DNA from: Paraspadella gotoi
Lineage: Eukaryota; Animalia; Chaetognatha
Direction of reading: 5' to 3'
DNA: 64,000 nt
NCBI GenBank assembly: GCA_051294375.1
Contig: CM119264.1
Span: 6,671,238 to 6,735,237 of the forward strand
Part shown: piece by piece, positions 36,791 through 49,172 of the stretch
Layout of the letters: every line of letters begins with the position of its first letter
How positions within the stretch are numbered: the first letter of the stretch is position 1
Position numbers and translations under genes: made by a program
Notes under the pieces: model-generated
Told to the model about the DNA's origin: nothing
The model's database searches: none
The model's input: only the letters and a program-made list of their open reading frames with translations

Positions 36791-37029
36791 CAATTCATAA
36801 CTCAAAAAGCATAAATACTAATCATAAATACTCGGTTTTAAAGCGGAATATTTACTGACTATCTCGATCTTTGCCTTTTCTTTCTAGCTAATTAATTATT
36901 ATCTGGTCGCCGTACTAAAGGTGGGGCAACTGGCCCATCCCATTTAACGGTTTGTTGGCTACTTGGCTCAAACCCCAAGCTTTTGGTTTGGAGATAAATC
37001 GCTTGCCCCCGCTTGGAAAATAATTGGTT

Positions 37030-37259
37030 GTATAGTGGACCACCAACCGTTCATCAGCGGCCATTGGTGCCGGAGGCAAGTCATTCGCCTCCCAACCCAA
37101 AGGTCCGGGGTTCTAGCCCGGTGGTCACCTAGCAGTTAAGAGGGATGGGGCGCTTAACCCACCTGTAACACGGTGTTACAGCCTGATCCAAAGCTCAGGG
37201 ACTGCTTATATTGAACGGTTCTGTCACTAACACATAACAATAATAACTGTCTCTTCAAT
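37030..37259 (+). mobile_element. tRNA-derived SINE, copy 2
   Basis: Co-linear with 32033-32269, differing mainly by substitutions (not an indel-noise copy). Confidence 0.7.
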
Positions 37260-38039
37260 TGGTGCATTTTAACCTGTAAATTATCTCATGAACTGATACC
37301 CACATAGACCTCATTGGGTCTCTTTAAGTCGTCCTTGTGATTCACGCTAAAGGAATTTTCTGGGATTCTGTGTTTGGATAATCATATTATGCCCAAATTT
37401 TATAGATTGCAATTCAAAATTGTGTGATGTGTCGAGCCGTTATTAACTTTTAAAGTATTAGTCTTTTCAACTTTAGACATGTGACATTTTGACATTTTGT
37501 CTATTCTGTTTTGCACCTCCTCGAGTGTTTACTAGTAAAATTTAGCGGAATGAAATATAAAATTATCTATCCATTCAAGAAATAAACTATCTTGCCCCTG
37601 ACTTTACAAACAATCTATACCTCTAAACAAGATCTATACAAGATAATATCATTGCAGGAGTTAATAAGCTTTCTACCAAGACTCACACAATCTGGTTTCC
37701 CTACTGAATAAAAGCCATAAAATGTCTTATAACTTGGATCCGGGAATTCAATTGTACTTCTCACGAGCATCAAAATACAAAGAGCTGACTGAAATTATTG
37801 AAATTATCTTTAATTATATTCTTTAGAACCTAAATCTCGGAAAAATCTCCTTTTTATTTAATAACTTATTAAGATTTTAATAATTATTAAATTTAATAAT
37901 TTGCTATTATCGTTGATGATAATGATCTATAGCTTAACTATAAATATTAAGCTCATGTACGAACTTGCAAAATATACAAAAAATATTGTAACTATTTAAA
38001 ACATCGACTTTATATGCGCAATTTTCTAGTTTCTCACTT

Positions 38040-38560
38040 TCTCTGTTATCATTAATTCATTACGCGAGTGACTCAATTGCGATCGTCGAAGCACTGGATA
38101 CAAACTTCTCTTCGACGCGCCTGCCGCATTTTAAACCAACCAACCAGTCGGCCTCGAAAAGCGAAAAGGCCAGGCTGGCCTACGATTTTCGTTCACTATC
38201 AAATCCTGGCTGATTTTCAGTTTTAAAACTCAATCTCGATTCGCTCTGGGTTTTTTTTTTTTTTTTGCTCAAAACTTCTGTCGCTGTCTCAGTTTTTTAA
38301 TTGAATTTAGTTGTTTCGATCGACGCGCATGCCAAATACAAATGAAATTCGCTAAAAAAAAATAACGTTCAATAATTTAAAACGCAATTTCAGTCTTCTT
38401 GTTTAGATCATCAAGCCGAACTATTCAAATTGTTCTACTTTTATCGAACCATCTAGCACCGGAGGCAGACTTAGCTGGCTGCTACTTAAAATCGAATTTA
38501 CAGAATAAAAATCGGTGGTCGTCTCAAGCCTAGGCCAACGGACCTTGTTACTTTTCAGGT
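38040..38560 (+). promoter_or_regulatory. Probable CNOT4 promoter / non-coding 5' exon region
   Basis: CpG-containing segment within an AT-rich stretch; donor-like ttcag|gtatga at ~38558 and acceptor ttag at ~38717 upstream of the ATG. Confidence 0.4.
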
Positions 38561-38758
38561 ATGATTTGAACAGTACTGATAATTCTGCAAGCTTTTTTCG
38601 CGTTTTCGCGTTGACGAATGATTGCAATGGTTTTAGTAATTAGATTTTTACTGGTAAAGACGTCATACATATTATATTCGTAACAAAATATTAGTATTTC
38701 TTCCGATTTTTACTTAGGGTTTTCTTTTCGAAATCTTCGTTTCCACCCGGTAGTCCCG

Positions 38759-41700
38759 ATGTCGATCTACATCGATAACTTCGGCGATATGTCCGCCTTG
38801 GACGAGGAGGTTCGCTCTAAAATCTTCAATTCAATCGTCGATTCGGACGCTAATTTTGAATCCATTTTTTTCTTTCAGTGTCCCCTCTGCATGGAACCCT
38901 TGGAGATCGACGATCTCAACTTTTTTCCCTGCACCTGCGGATACCAAATCTGCCGGTTCTGTTGGCACAGAATCAGAACGGACGAGAACGGGTTGTGCCC
39001 CGCCTGCCGAAAGGCTTACTCGGAGAACCCGGCCGACTTCAAGCCTTTGACGCATGAAGAGTGAGTAAAAACTCACAGCTTAAGGGGGAAATGAAATTCA
39101 TATCCTATCCTATAACATTTAACCCAGTATTTCTTAATCGGGAATAAGATTACACGTCTATAAAGAATTTTAAAAATATATTTTCTCTTTGACGTCTCAA
39201 TTCTACGAAAAATATTTTGTTAAATTAAAGTTAATAACCATTTTATCTGTCAACCTTTTAACATTATGATTATTTTTAACGATACACTTCTTTTTTCAGG
39301 TTGCAAAAAATCAAGAAAGAAAGGAAGCAAAAGGACGCGAGTCGGCGGCAGAAGGTGACGGAATCCCGGAAACATCTGCAGTCCGTACGCGTTGTACAGA
39401 AGAACCTCGTCTTCGTCGTCGGACTCGGACCCCGCCTCGCCGATCCGGTCAGTCGTTTTTGCCTCGTGGATATGGTAGCTTTTGTATTTGGGAGTATGGC
39501 TAGGGTTTGTGTAACGTTGATGTTTATGTATATTTAAATCCATCACAAGCGTATTCCCTTATTTTATGCATTTAGATTTTAGTGGTACGGGTATGGGTTT
39601 AGGCAGTTTTTAAGCGTTACTTTTACCGTCATAGTCGTAAAGAAACGGCACTATTTCGTGAGCTCCCCCCAATAAACATTACTCAATCATATCTCAGGAG
39701 GTGCTTAAAAAGAGCGAATACTTTGGAAAGTTTGGAAGAATCCACAAAGTCGTCGTCAATCACACAACAGCATATGCGGGTAAGGGGGTGGTACACTGAA
39801 ACGAACGGGAAAAAAATTACTATTTTCTGTAATCTTTATTATTAGTTATATTATGTACAGTAAGTGCTATATTGTGGATAGGTCACTGTGATGACCATTC
39901 TTCTCTTGATATTTTTTAGTTATTCACTTAGCAATGGTAACCTTGTTTTAAATCATTTCTTATTGCATTGTATGATTGGTTTTTAGGCGCTCAGGGACCT
40001 AGCGCAAGTGCATACATAACCTACGTCAAAGATGACGATTCGTTGAGAGCGATCCAGGTGATGACAGAGGAATATATATATATATCTCTTCTTTTGAAAT
40101 ATATATTTATGACTTTTTAATCTAAATTTTTTTTTACTTAACTCTAACTCTGTCCGTTAGTTAATTAAAATGAAAATTGTACCATCTCATCTATTGATTT
40201 TATTTTCGCTCTAAAGGCCGTGAACAATCTATTCGTGGACGGAAGGACGCTGAAAGCTTCACTAGGGACCACCAAGTATTGTTCCTCTTTCCTCAATTCG
40301 GCGACTTGCCCCAAACCGGTCACGTGCCCGCGCGCCGACTGCATGTACTTGCACGAATTGGGGGAGGAGGAAGCGTCTTTCACCAAGGAAGAAATGCAGG
40401 TTAGAAATGGTTCCGTTAAACGTTTGGTACGATTAAAGATTGCCAATGCTAAAAATAACAAGGTCATTATTACAAACTCCCCAGTCCGAAAATAGCGAGG
40501 CTTTGAAGGAAAGGCGAAGGAAATCAGTTACAAGATTCAATTTAAATTAAATTAATTAATTTAAATTAATTTAAATTAAATTGACACGATTTGGCATAAT
40601 TTTTTTAAATTTTTTCGTTTATCTTTGTGTAAATATTAATTAAAGTTACTCCCTTGTTAAAAACAGCTTGGAAAACATACCGAGTTCGAGCAACGGTTAC
40701 ACGAGACCCTCAACCGGAGCGAGATGAACAACCCCTCCTCCACGCCGCCGACAACCAACGGCGGGGGGATCTCGTCCGGGTTTCCTTCGGCGCCCGTCCC
40801 GGCCCCGCCCACCAACGAACCCCCTATTCCTCTGATGGCGTCCAACTCGGCGTCGTCCTCGTCCTCCGGCAACAGCTCATCCTCTTCGACCATCGTCTCC
40901 CTCATGGGATTGGATCTCTCCAAGACAATCGTAAGGAACGGAAGGGGACGTGTGGCTTTTACAGCGAAATAGCGGCCACTTCCTATAAATTTTGATTATT
41001 AATTACATTCTCGATAGATCGATAGTTATCGTAATCTCTGTGTAACGAAGGACGTAGACTAGTTGTGATCCTTATAATACGTATTTTAAAACTTTAAATT
41101 TTAATCTCAATTAAATTAAATTAGATAAAATGCGTTATATTTAAATTAAAAGTTTAGTTTTAAAGCGTCTGTTCGCTAACAAATTATTACTCGGCCGATT
41201 TATAATGATTCTTCTTAATTAAATCAAATCAAATAAGAACTGTTTCTTTGTAAATGATATTCCTGAAAATTTCTCTTTTCCGTTTTTCAGTCGGCCCGCA
41301 AGAAGACCGCGAGCCAGTCGCCTCCGCCTCCTCCGCCCCCGCCGCCGCCTCCATCGTGTACTCTGGTCATGGACTCACGTGGAGTCATAAAGTCGACCAA
41401 TAGGGTCGCGGATACCCCGCCCGTCGTCGAATGGCCCGCCCTCGGTGGATCCAAAGGGGGCGGTGGCGGCGTCGTTTCTGAGGTTCGGGAAGAGAATGTT
41501 TAATTTATATTTGGGACTATTTCTGTCAACCATTTTCTCTTTTTCGTTTAAAATTTGATTGTAATTTTCTTTTCCTTCCTTCGTCAGATTTCTCGTTCTA
41601 TCGAGATTCCTCAGCCGGAATCGCAAGGAGCGACGCCGACGGAGGTGGCGTCCTTCTCCACAGTCGTCAATGGCAACGATGGCGGGGCCGTCGCGGAACG

Positions 41701-44700
41701 AAGGCGTGATAGAGACGGCGATGCGGAGGTCGGCCCCGTCGCCATGGAGACCGGCGCCGGTGACGGAGAGGACAAGGAGAACGCGAAGAAAGGGAGGAAG
41801 AAGAGCGGTAAGAAGGATTCGCCATCAGGCGCTTTAGGAGAAGAGACCGGCGCCGACTCGAAAAAAGCGGCGGGCGGAGGAAATCACAATAATAACAATA
41901 ACAACAACAAAAAGCAGCAACAGCAGCAGCAACAATCGAGAGAAGCGGAAAAAAGCGCGCGGAGCGTCGCCGGGAAAGGTCATCTTGTTAAGGGAGAAAA
42001 GTCCGCCAAGAAGAAAGTCAAGGAAGACCCTGTGGCCGCGAAAAAAGGCGCAGGGGTGGGTGGTGGCGCCACCAAGGGCGTCACGCCGAAAGACAAGTCG
42101 GCGGAACCTTCCTCTCGCGACAAGTCCGAGGCGTCGAGTAGCAAGAAGGCCAAGCAGCAAACTAGTCCGCAGAAAGAAAGCTGTGGTAGCGAAGAACCGC
42201 CGGTCGCCAACGCCCGCCTTCTTCCCCCCTCCCCTTCTCCCTCTCCCCCGTTTTCCTCTTCCCCCTCCTCCTCCCGAAATTCCTCCCTCTCCTCCACCCC
42301 TTCGAGCGGTCACTGCTTGTCGACGGCGTCCAAGGAGTCGTCTTCCTGTCGCAGCGCCTCCTCGACGACGGTGCCCTTGCCGACCGCTCGTCCCGCACAG
42401 TCTACCCCACCGCTGCCGCGGTCGTCGCAGTCGCTCTCCACTCCCGACGCTTCCCCCGACGACTCCCGGGGCGGATCCTTCGCCGAGGGGTCTCTCCATT
42501 CGAACGAGGGTCTTTCCGTCTCCTCCCTCCCGCCCGATCATTTCCCCGACCTCACAGTAAATCCCGTCAATGACGACGACAATCCGAACAGCAGTTTTTT
42601 CAGGTGAGAGAAAACTTGGAAAGGGGATAATTATTTACAATTATAATATCTTATAATTAGAATTTTACATTTAATAACTTTTGCGAATATTATACCAATG
42701 TTTGAGCCCGGACGTGTCAACTGACTTCTCAGAATTTATTTATAATTATAATTTAGCATAATCGTTGTTTTTGGAAGTTAGTGACAAGGTAGCAAGTTAT
42801 TTTGTTTTCATTAGTACAATATAATTTAATATTGTAATATTATATTCTACCGACACGATATAACGACACGATGACAAAGGTGATGACAAATATTTAATTA
42901 TTTCATAATTGAATGAAGTTGTTTCTTGAGTTTCCATGTTGAGGAGAGTGCCTCGAGATCCCTCGACCTTCGACCGCGTAGTCTCTTTGTCGGTCATTGG
43001 TCAGTTTAAAGAAAGGTCTGTGATCAGTTGGATTTCTGATGATTCGTGAAGTCGACGAGCAATCACATAAATAAGCCAACCAAGTCCGTCTATATGTCTA
43101 TTCCGTTGAAGTTACTATTCAACCGTCTCCCATCTTCTATTTCAAACGAACAGTCACTACATCCGTGTCCGTCTGCGGCCCGACGAATCCTCCGCGCCCG
43201 TGCCGCCTCATGTCGAAGAAGCCGACGAGTCAGAAGCTAAAGAGAACGACTGGTCCGCCGCCTTCAAATTCCCCAAGGAAAACAAAGGTGCTTGTTGGTG
43301 AAGTGCTTGTTTACTATTCACTGCTTGTGTGAGTTATTGAAATTGTAATGAAACTTTCCGTCCTTCTTTACCGCAGAAGGATCTAGAAAGAGTCTGGAGG
43401 ATGAAGACGAGGATTTAGGTTTCGATCCGTTTTGCGAGTCGCAACGAGGTCTCGCTGATTTGATTCGCGAGTCCGGACAAGAGATCGACCGCCACAGGTA
43501 TGGAGGGAACCATGGTTTCTCTCTCTATCTGAAAAGTAATACAGTTAAAGATTTAGATTTGGCAACCGAAATCCTTCCAGAATCTTCTTGCTCTTCCGAT
43601 ATCCTCTTTCTTTATCATTTCCTGTTTTCTAGTTTCCTTCCTCTGTGATGATTTTAAAAAAAAAATGGGAGATTACTGAACAAAAAATCACGATGCTTTA
43701 CTTTTAAAAACTGTTTCATGTAAAAACGACATATAATCAAAATACAAACAAATTTAAAGTTTGTTAACAAACCAAATTCTTAGTGGAAGTTATTCTTAAA
43801 AATATTAAAATCTCGCTACTACCCTCTCAGAAAGATAATCGCTCTCGTCCCCTTTCTCATTTCCTGTCCCCAAAACAGTTCCCACTTTCCCAGTCCCAAC
43901 ATTCTCCCTCCCTACAAATCGAATTATCCCCGTCCCAACCACGTCGTCAATTCCAGTTCGAACCCTCCTTCGTTGCTCGACGGACTAATCCAACAACATC
44001 AGTTGGGAGAATCTGCCTCAGCGGATGTCTCCAAGGTATTGCCTTCTTGCCCCGAGTTACTCCTTTTCAAATGTCATCTTTTTTCGAAAACTCTCCCACA
44101 GAATTCCTCCGCGTCTCCGTCACATCCGCCCGGGTTTTTCTCCTCGAACCAGCCAAGTTCTCGCCTTTTCGGCCTCTCCTCTGCCCCTCCCGCAACACAG
44201 CAGCAACAACAGCAGACGGAGTATTATCTCCGCTCCCTGCTCTTCGACAATCTCCCCGGCAGCGACGCGCCAAATCAATCGGATTTGCAGCGGCAGCAGC
44301 AGCAACAACAGATGCGATCGACTACGATATCGGCATCCGTGGGGCCACCGCCTCCGCCGGGACTGACGGCTCAACAAACTCTTTACGGCAACGCTGCCGC
44401 CGCTCAAAGGCTTCCTCCCGGTTTTTCGCCCGACAATCTCATGAGACAGGTAAGGTTTGAAGGTCTACTTAGGTTTCTACTCATAAAAATTGTTGTTTCC
44501 AAAATAATAGCGTTCTTTACGGTTCGATTTTCTTTTTTTTTTCCAGGGCTATGATTTGCCAGCCAATCCGATCGACGATTTTCTCGGAAGAGGCACGTGG
44601 TCCAAGTTGGATCAGAGCCGCAATTCGTTGTTTCCTCTCGACCAACAACAGCAGCAGCAGCAACAGCAAGTTCAGAACCAGCAGAGCTACTCGAAAATGC

Positions 44701-46806
44701 TTGGGCTGATGAACTTGAGACCCGGCAAGGAAGAGGTCGAGGCGACCCCGAGCCCCTTCCCCGCCCAGTCTCCTTTCAACTCCTCCTTTAATCCCGCCTC
44801 TTCCTCCAAAGTCAACGGAGGATTCGGCGACGCTGACTCCGCTTCCTTCGGCAGAGGCTTCAACTCTTACGGCTCCCAGCATCGCGCTTCGGGTACGATC
44901 TTCCTTTCGTCACCTCGTTCGGGGCGGTGTCTCGCGTCTTTGGGTGTTGTCCGTCAATCGACGTGAACTTGTTTTCGTAGAAACTAGTTTGATATTTAGC
45001 TCGAGTAAATCGAGGATTATGGCGAAAAAGATTTAAATACTGATTTTTAGTTTTAGCATGCTGCATGACGTTAACCTCAATGAACACTCAAGTCTACATG
45101 GCACCGATTAAATCTTTTAGTTTCTATGTGGAAAGATTTTAACAAGCAAAATTTAAAAAACAAAAGCCTTTTGAATTCTTTATAGTACTTATTTGTCGGT
45201 CGCTTCTTCCTTATACCTACTAGTACAGTAATCGATTTTAATAATTCGATATTTGGCCGCCTTTTTTTTTTCGAAAACAAAAAAATAATTTACCCTCTCG
45301 CTTTCTTTCTTTTCCACTTTTAGCCACCGGATCGGGATCCGGTCTCATGCACTCCGGGTCGCCCTCTAACAACTCTTCGGTCAAGGATTGGCAAGAGGGC
45401 TTCCGCGCGCTCCTCCCGAACGTCAACATCAGCTTCGGACAAGGAACCAGTCTCGATTCGATGGCCAACTCCAACGGTGGCTCTGGTGAGGGTTAGAACA
45501 CGAGGTCGTAGACTGCCCACTCTCGAAGGGAGGTGGTCTAATCGTTGTTTTTTGATTCTTTATCAGGCTGCGTTAATTAAAAAAACTTAGTAGTATACAT
45601 TATACTCACTTTTGTTCGTTATTTTATATTTGTCGGTGTATTCTGTTTTTATTCCTTTTCATAACCTAATTTTTTGTTAATTTTTAAAAAAATTGACAGG
45701 GTTTTCCAACACGCTCCCTCCTTGGGACGACCCTGCCATCGTCACGGCGGCCAACTCGAAGCAGTTCAATAAAAACAACAACAACAACAACAACTACCCT
45801 CTGAGAAGCGGCCCAGAGGTCAGAGGAGGTCAAGATGATCAACCACACTGGATGAAGTCTTTGCAGGTGGGGATTGATTGCTGACGTTTTAGTTTTTGTG
45901 ATTGTTAAGGTAGAACGATAGGTTAATTGAATTTTTTTTTCAGCAATTGACCGAACTGTCGGAGCCGACGCAACAGGCGCCCATTCCCCAAGGAAACGCC
46001 TCCTCCGCTTTCCTCCCGACCTTGGCCGGTGTCAATCACTCCTCTCTCATCAACGGGCCTCTCTTCAACCAGAATCTGCCGCAACAAGCGCAGCAGCATC
46101 CGCCGTCTCAACAGCTTTGCGGAGGAATGCCCAACAACCGACTTCCCTCCGACCGTCGTTTTCCCGTCGGCGTCAATCGTGAGTCATCTCTTATGCTCGT
46201 CTTATTGAGCAGCCCTGAGTTTTGTCAGTTTAGGGAAAAAATGGAAGTATTGTGTAAAATTTCAATGGTTTCTGTAGCGCGTTTAAATCGCGATAATTGA
46301 CCTTTTGAGAGACGGCGAGAAAGAGAAACAATTCCAAACATCTCTAAGTGGTCTCAAACTTCGAGTTGATATCCTCCCTCTGTCAAAATACACCATCTTT
46401 AGTTTAAATTGGAATAGCGCTTCTTATTCGCCCGCCTGCCCGCCCGCTCGGTAGCCTCTTCCGGAGGAGACGAGTGCTTATGTGGAGAGAGTCACTTTTC
46501 CTATATTACTTTGTTTTAGTCCAAATATATTTAAAAGAAAACAGTTTTTCAAGGTTGGGATGAATATTGATGAGAAAAAAAAACTTTTTCTCACTGATTT
46601 ATTTATTCCAGATATTCATAGTAAAGACGATCGAGTCATTAATTCATTACTTCGTCCCCACCCATCTTCCCTTTTTCCTAGCCGGCGATTGGCCTCCTCA
46701 GTTTCCTGGATCCTTCGCTGCTCCACCGATGACGTCGGCTCCGCCTGGATTTCGCTTCCCCGACCCTTCGTCCTCACAGACAACCGCCACCGGCGCATCC
46801 AACTGA
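38759..46806 (+). CDS. CNOT4: CCR4-NOT transcription complex subunit 4 (RING E3 ligase Not4), complete, 17 coding exons in this model
   Basis: Exons: 38759-38809, 38879-39060, 39300-39447, 39698-39779, 39987-40057, 40217-40399, 40667-40930, 41291-41482, 41588-42603, 43154-43287, 43377-43497, 43831(or 43879)-44035, 44102-44449, 44547-44892, 45324-45485, 45700-45866, 45944-46178, plus terminal 46682-46806 (18 segments if the 66-nt intron 44036-44101 is spliced); all GT-AG and phase-compatible. C4C4 RING CPLCMEPLEIDDLNFFPCTCGYQICRFCWHRIRTDENGLCPACR, RRM (VRVVQKNLVFVVGL...YFGKFGRIHKVVVN...SAYITY), GTTKYC...CMYLH zinc finger, Caf40-binding motif DEDLGFDPF...GLADLI, and C-terminal motifs DWQEGFRALLPNVNISFG, WDDPAIV, HWMKSLQQLTE, PPGF. 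Confidence 0.97.
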
Positions 46807-49172
46807 GGCTCCCTCCGGTCATTTCCCGCCCACCCCTCTAATTCTCTAACTCTGAAACTTTACGCTTTGAGGTTCTCTTCCTTCCCTCTTAATTAAATCT
46901 TTTCTTTTTTCATTTTTATTTTTCCGTTATTTTTTTTTTCGCTCATTTTTTTTTAATTTATTGTCTTCTTTTTACCTTTTTCTTCTTTTATTTTCTCCAT
47001 TTTCGTTACTTTCTTGATCTTTTCCTGCGCGGCATTTCTTTTCTTTGTTCCCTTTCCTTTTTTTCTTTCTCTTATTCTCTCTTAATCTCCTATTTTTCTT
47101 TTTGATTTCCGACTTCCTTTTCACCCTCCTGTTCCTTTCAGATTGCCCTCTCCCTCTTTCGCCCTCTCCCTTGCCGAATCACAACTTTTCTCCGTTTAGA
47201 TCCTCGAACAAATTTAAAATCCGAATCAAGGCTAATGCTTTCCAGTTTTTTTTATTCTCTTTGTAATAGTATTTTTTCTTCTTCTCGTTTTGGTCAGAAT
47301 TATGTCAAATTCAATCCCGACAATCGGGTTAACTACTATAAAAATTTGTAATGGATTTCCGAGATAAGCGTTAAATTATCGTTTTTTTAAAGCAAAGCTG
47401 CTTTTTATAAACTTTTTTCTAACTTTCGATCATGAATGATTCGAATTGTGGTCGCCACTAAAAATATTTATCCGATGAATTAACCACAAGCTATAGATAT
47501 GATTAAAAGACATTTTTTTCAGAAGATGACAATGCTTGCGCAAAAGATTGCTTTTAATGTATTTTTACAATGAGAATTTCTAAATATTAAAATAACGTGT
47601 ATACATAAAAAAATATTTAGCGCGATTTCCACGCTGATCTCATGATCGAACCAGATTTATTTTTTTCGATGGGATTCTCTCTCGTTAGCGAAATTCGAAT
47701 CGAATCCTTCAAGCAGCGCATCATTTGTACGAGCGACGACGACGACGAGAAGAGCGGAGTTCTTTTCTGGAGAGCGACGTCTCGTGCCGATCGCCGTTTA
47801 TTCCAGTCCCCCACCCTCCCTTCCCTTCGTCCCGACAGACCCCGACCTCCCCACAGTCCCCGCCAATCCCTACCGTCCCACCTCTCCCCCACAGCATCTC
47901 CGATTTTTTTTCGACTTTTTTTTCCCCCCCTTTTTTTTATGGGGTGGCGTCCTCTCACGTGAATCGATCCCCGCTTTCCCCGTGTCACGCGTCGTCGCTA
48001 GTTTTTGACGTCATCTGTGTCCCATCAGTCGATGCGATTTTGTTTAACGTGCCAGTTAAAAATGATGCCAAAGCAATAGATTCGTGCTGCTGCGATTATA
48101 ACGTTTCAATTTTTCTAAGTTGCTCCTTTCGCCTAGTCAGACAAATAAATTTTGATTGCTATTCTGCATAAAATTACTTTAACACTGATAAGTATTAGCT
48201 TCTCAGATCTCAATAATTATATATAACAATGACTTGAAAAAATTTACTTAAAAAAAGTCGAGAATTGAATTGTCAAATTGATTAGTTTGGAACTAAGCGT
48301 GAACGAGATTTTCAGACAGGGGGCGCCGGATGCCTTCAATCTCTTATAAGGTTCACTTATTGTATGACGAAGGAATGATAGATTGAACTCTTACTTTACA
48401 AGGCACCACGCCCTCGAAGGTGTCACCACGTTGCGACAAATGGAGCGTCCAGAGCTTTTGATCTAACGGGAGGCCAGTGCGTACCGGCGGGTTGACCGAT
48501 CCATCCCACTTTCAACGTGACAACCTAAGGACATCCCTCGCAGCTGCTTCCTTCTAGGATCCTACTGATCTGAAATTACGAAAATCTACTCAACGCAGCA
48601 CGTAGTCAAAAGCGTTCGGCGTGGGGGTTTGGACTTTCTCATCTGTCAGTTTAAGAATATATTGAGTAATTACCAATGAAATATGGATCTCGTGAACAAT
48701 TTCTATATGGTTTATTCATGCAGAACAAAACCTTTCATTGCTTAATAAATATCAAAACGATAACGCAATTAAAATATTCGACATCCAATAAGATACAACA
48801 TTATTTACACGTGACAACAGGTAAAATAATTCATTGTATAATTACTAATTGTCTATCTAATATTACATGCTTTTGTATTAATTCAACTATTATGATTAGT
48901 GAAAGCTTACGACATATCGCCTCAGTAAAGATATAACAAAGAAAAAAATACTTATTTGGTGGTAGCGTCACTTTTGACTTCTGTACTAAGTACGAGAAAT
49001 GAGTAGAGAACTTTCAGCCCGCCCTCTTTTCTCATCGTTGGGTAAGTTTTCTGCGGCTGGAGTTGATAATTGTCTTGGCCTTCCCTGTTCTTTTCTAGTA
49101 TTTTAATTAGTTTATTCTTAGTGGCACTTTTTGTTGGTTTTGTTTACCGAAAGGCACTTTTTTTTTTCGATT

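Noticed and set aside
41834-42560. Long antisense/alternative-frame ORFs over the CNOT4 large exon
   Set aside because: Expected shadows of a GC-rich low-complexity exon.
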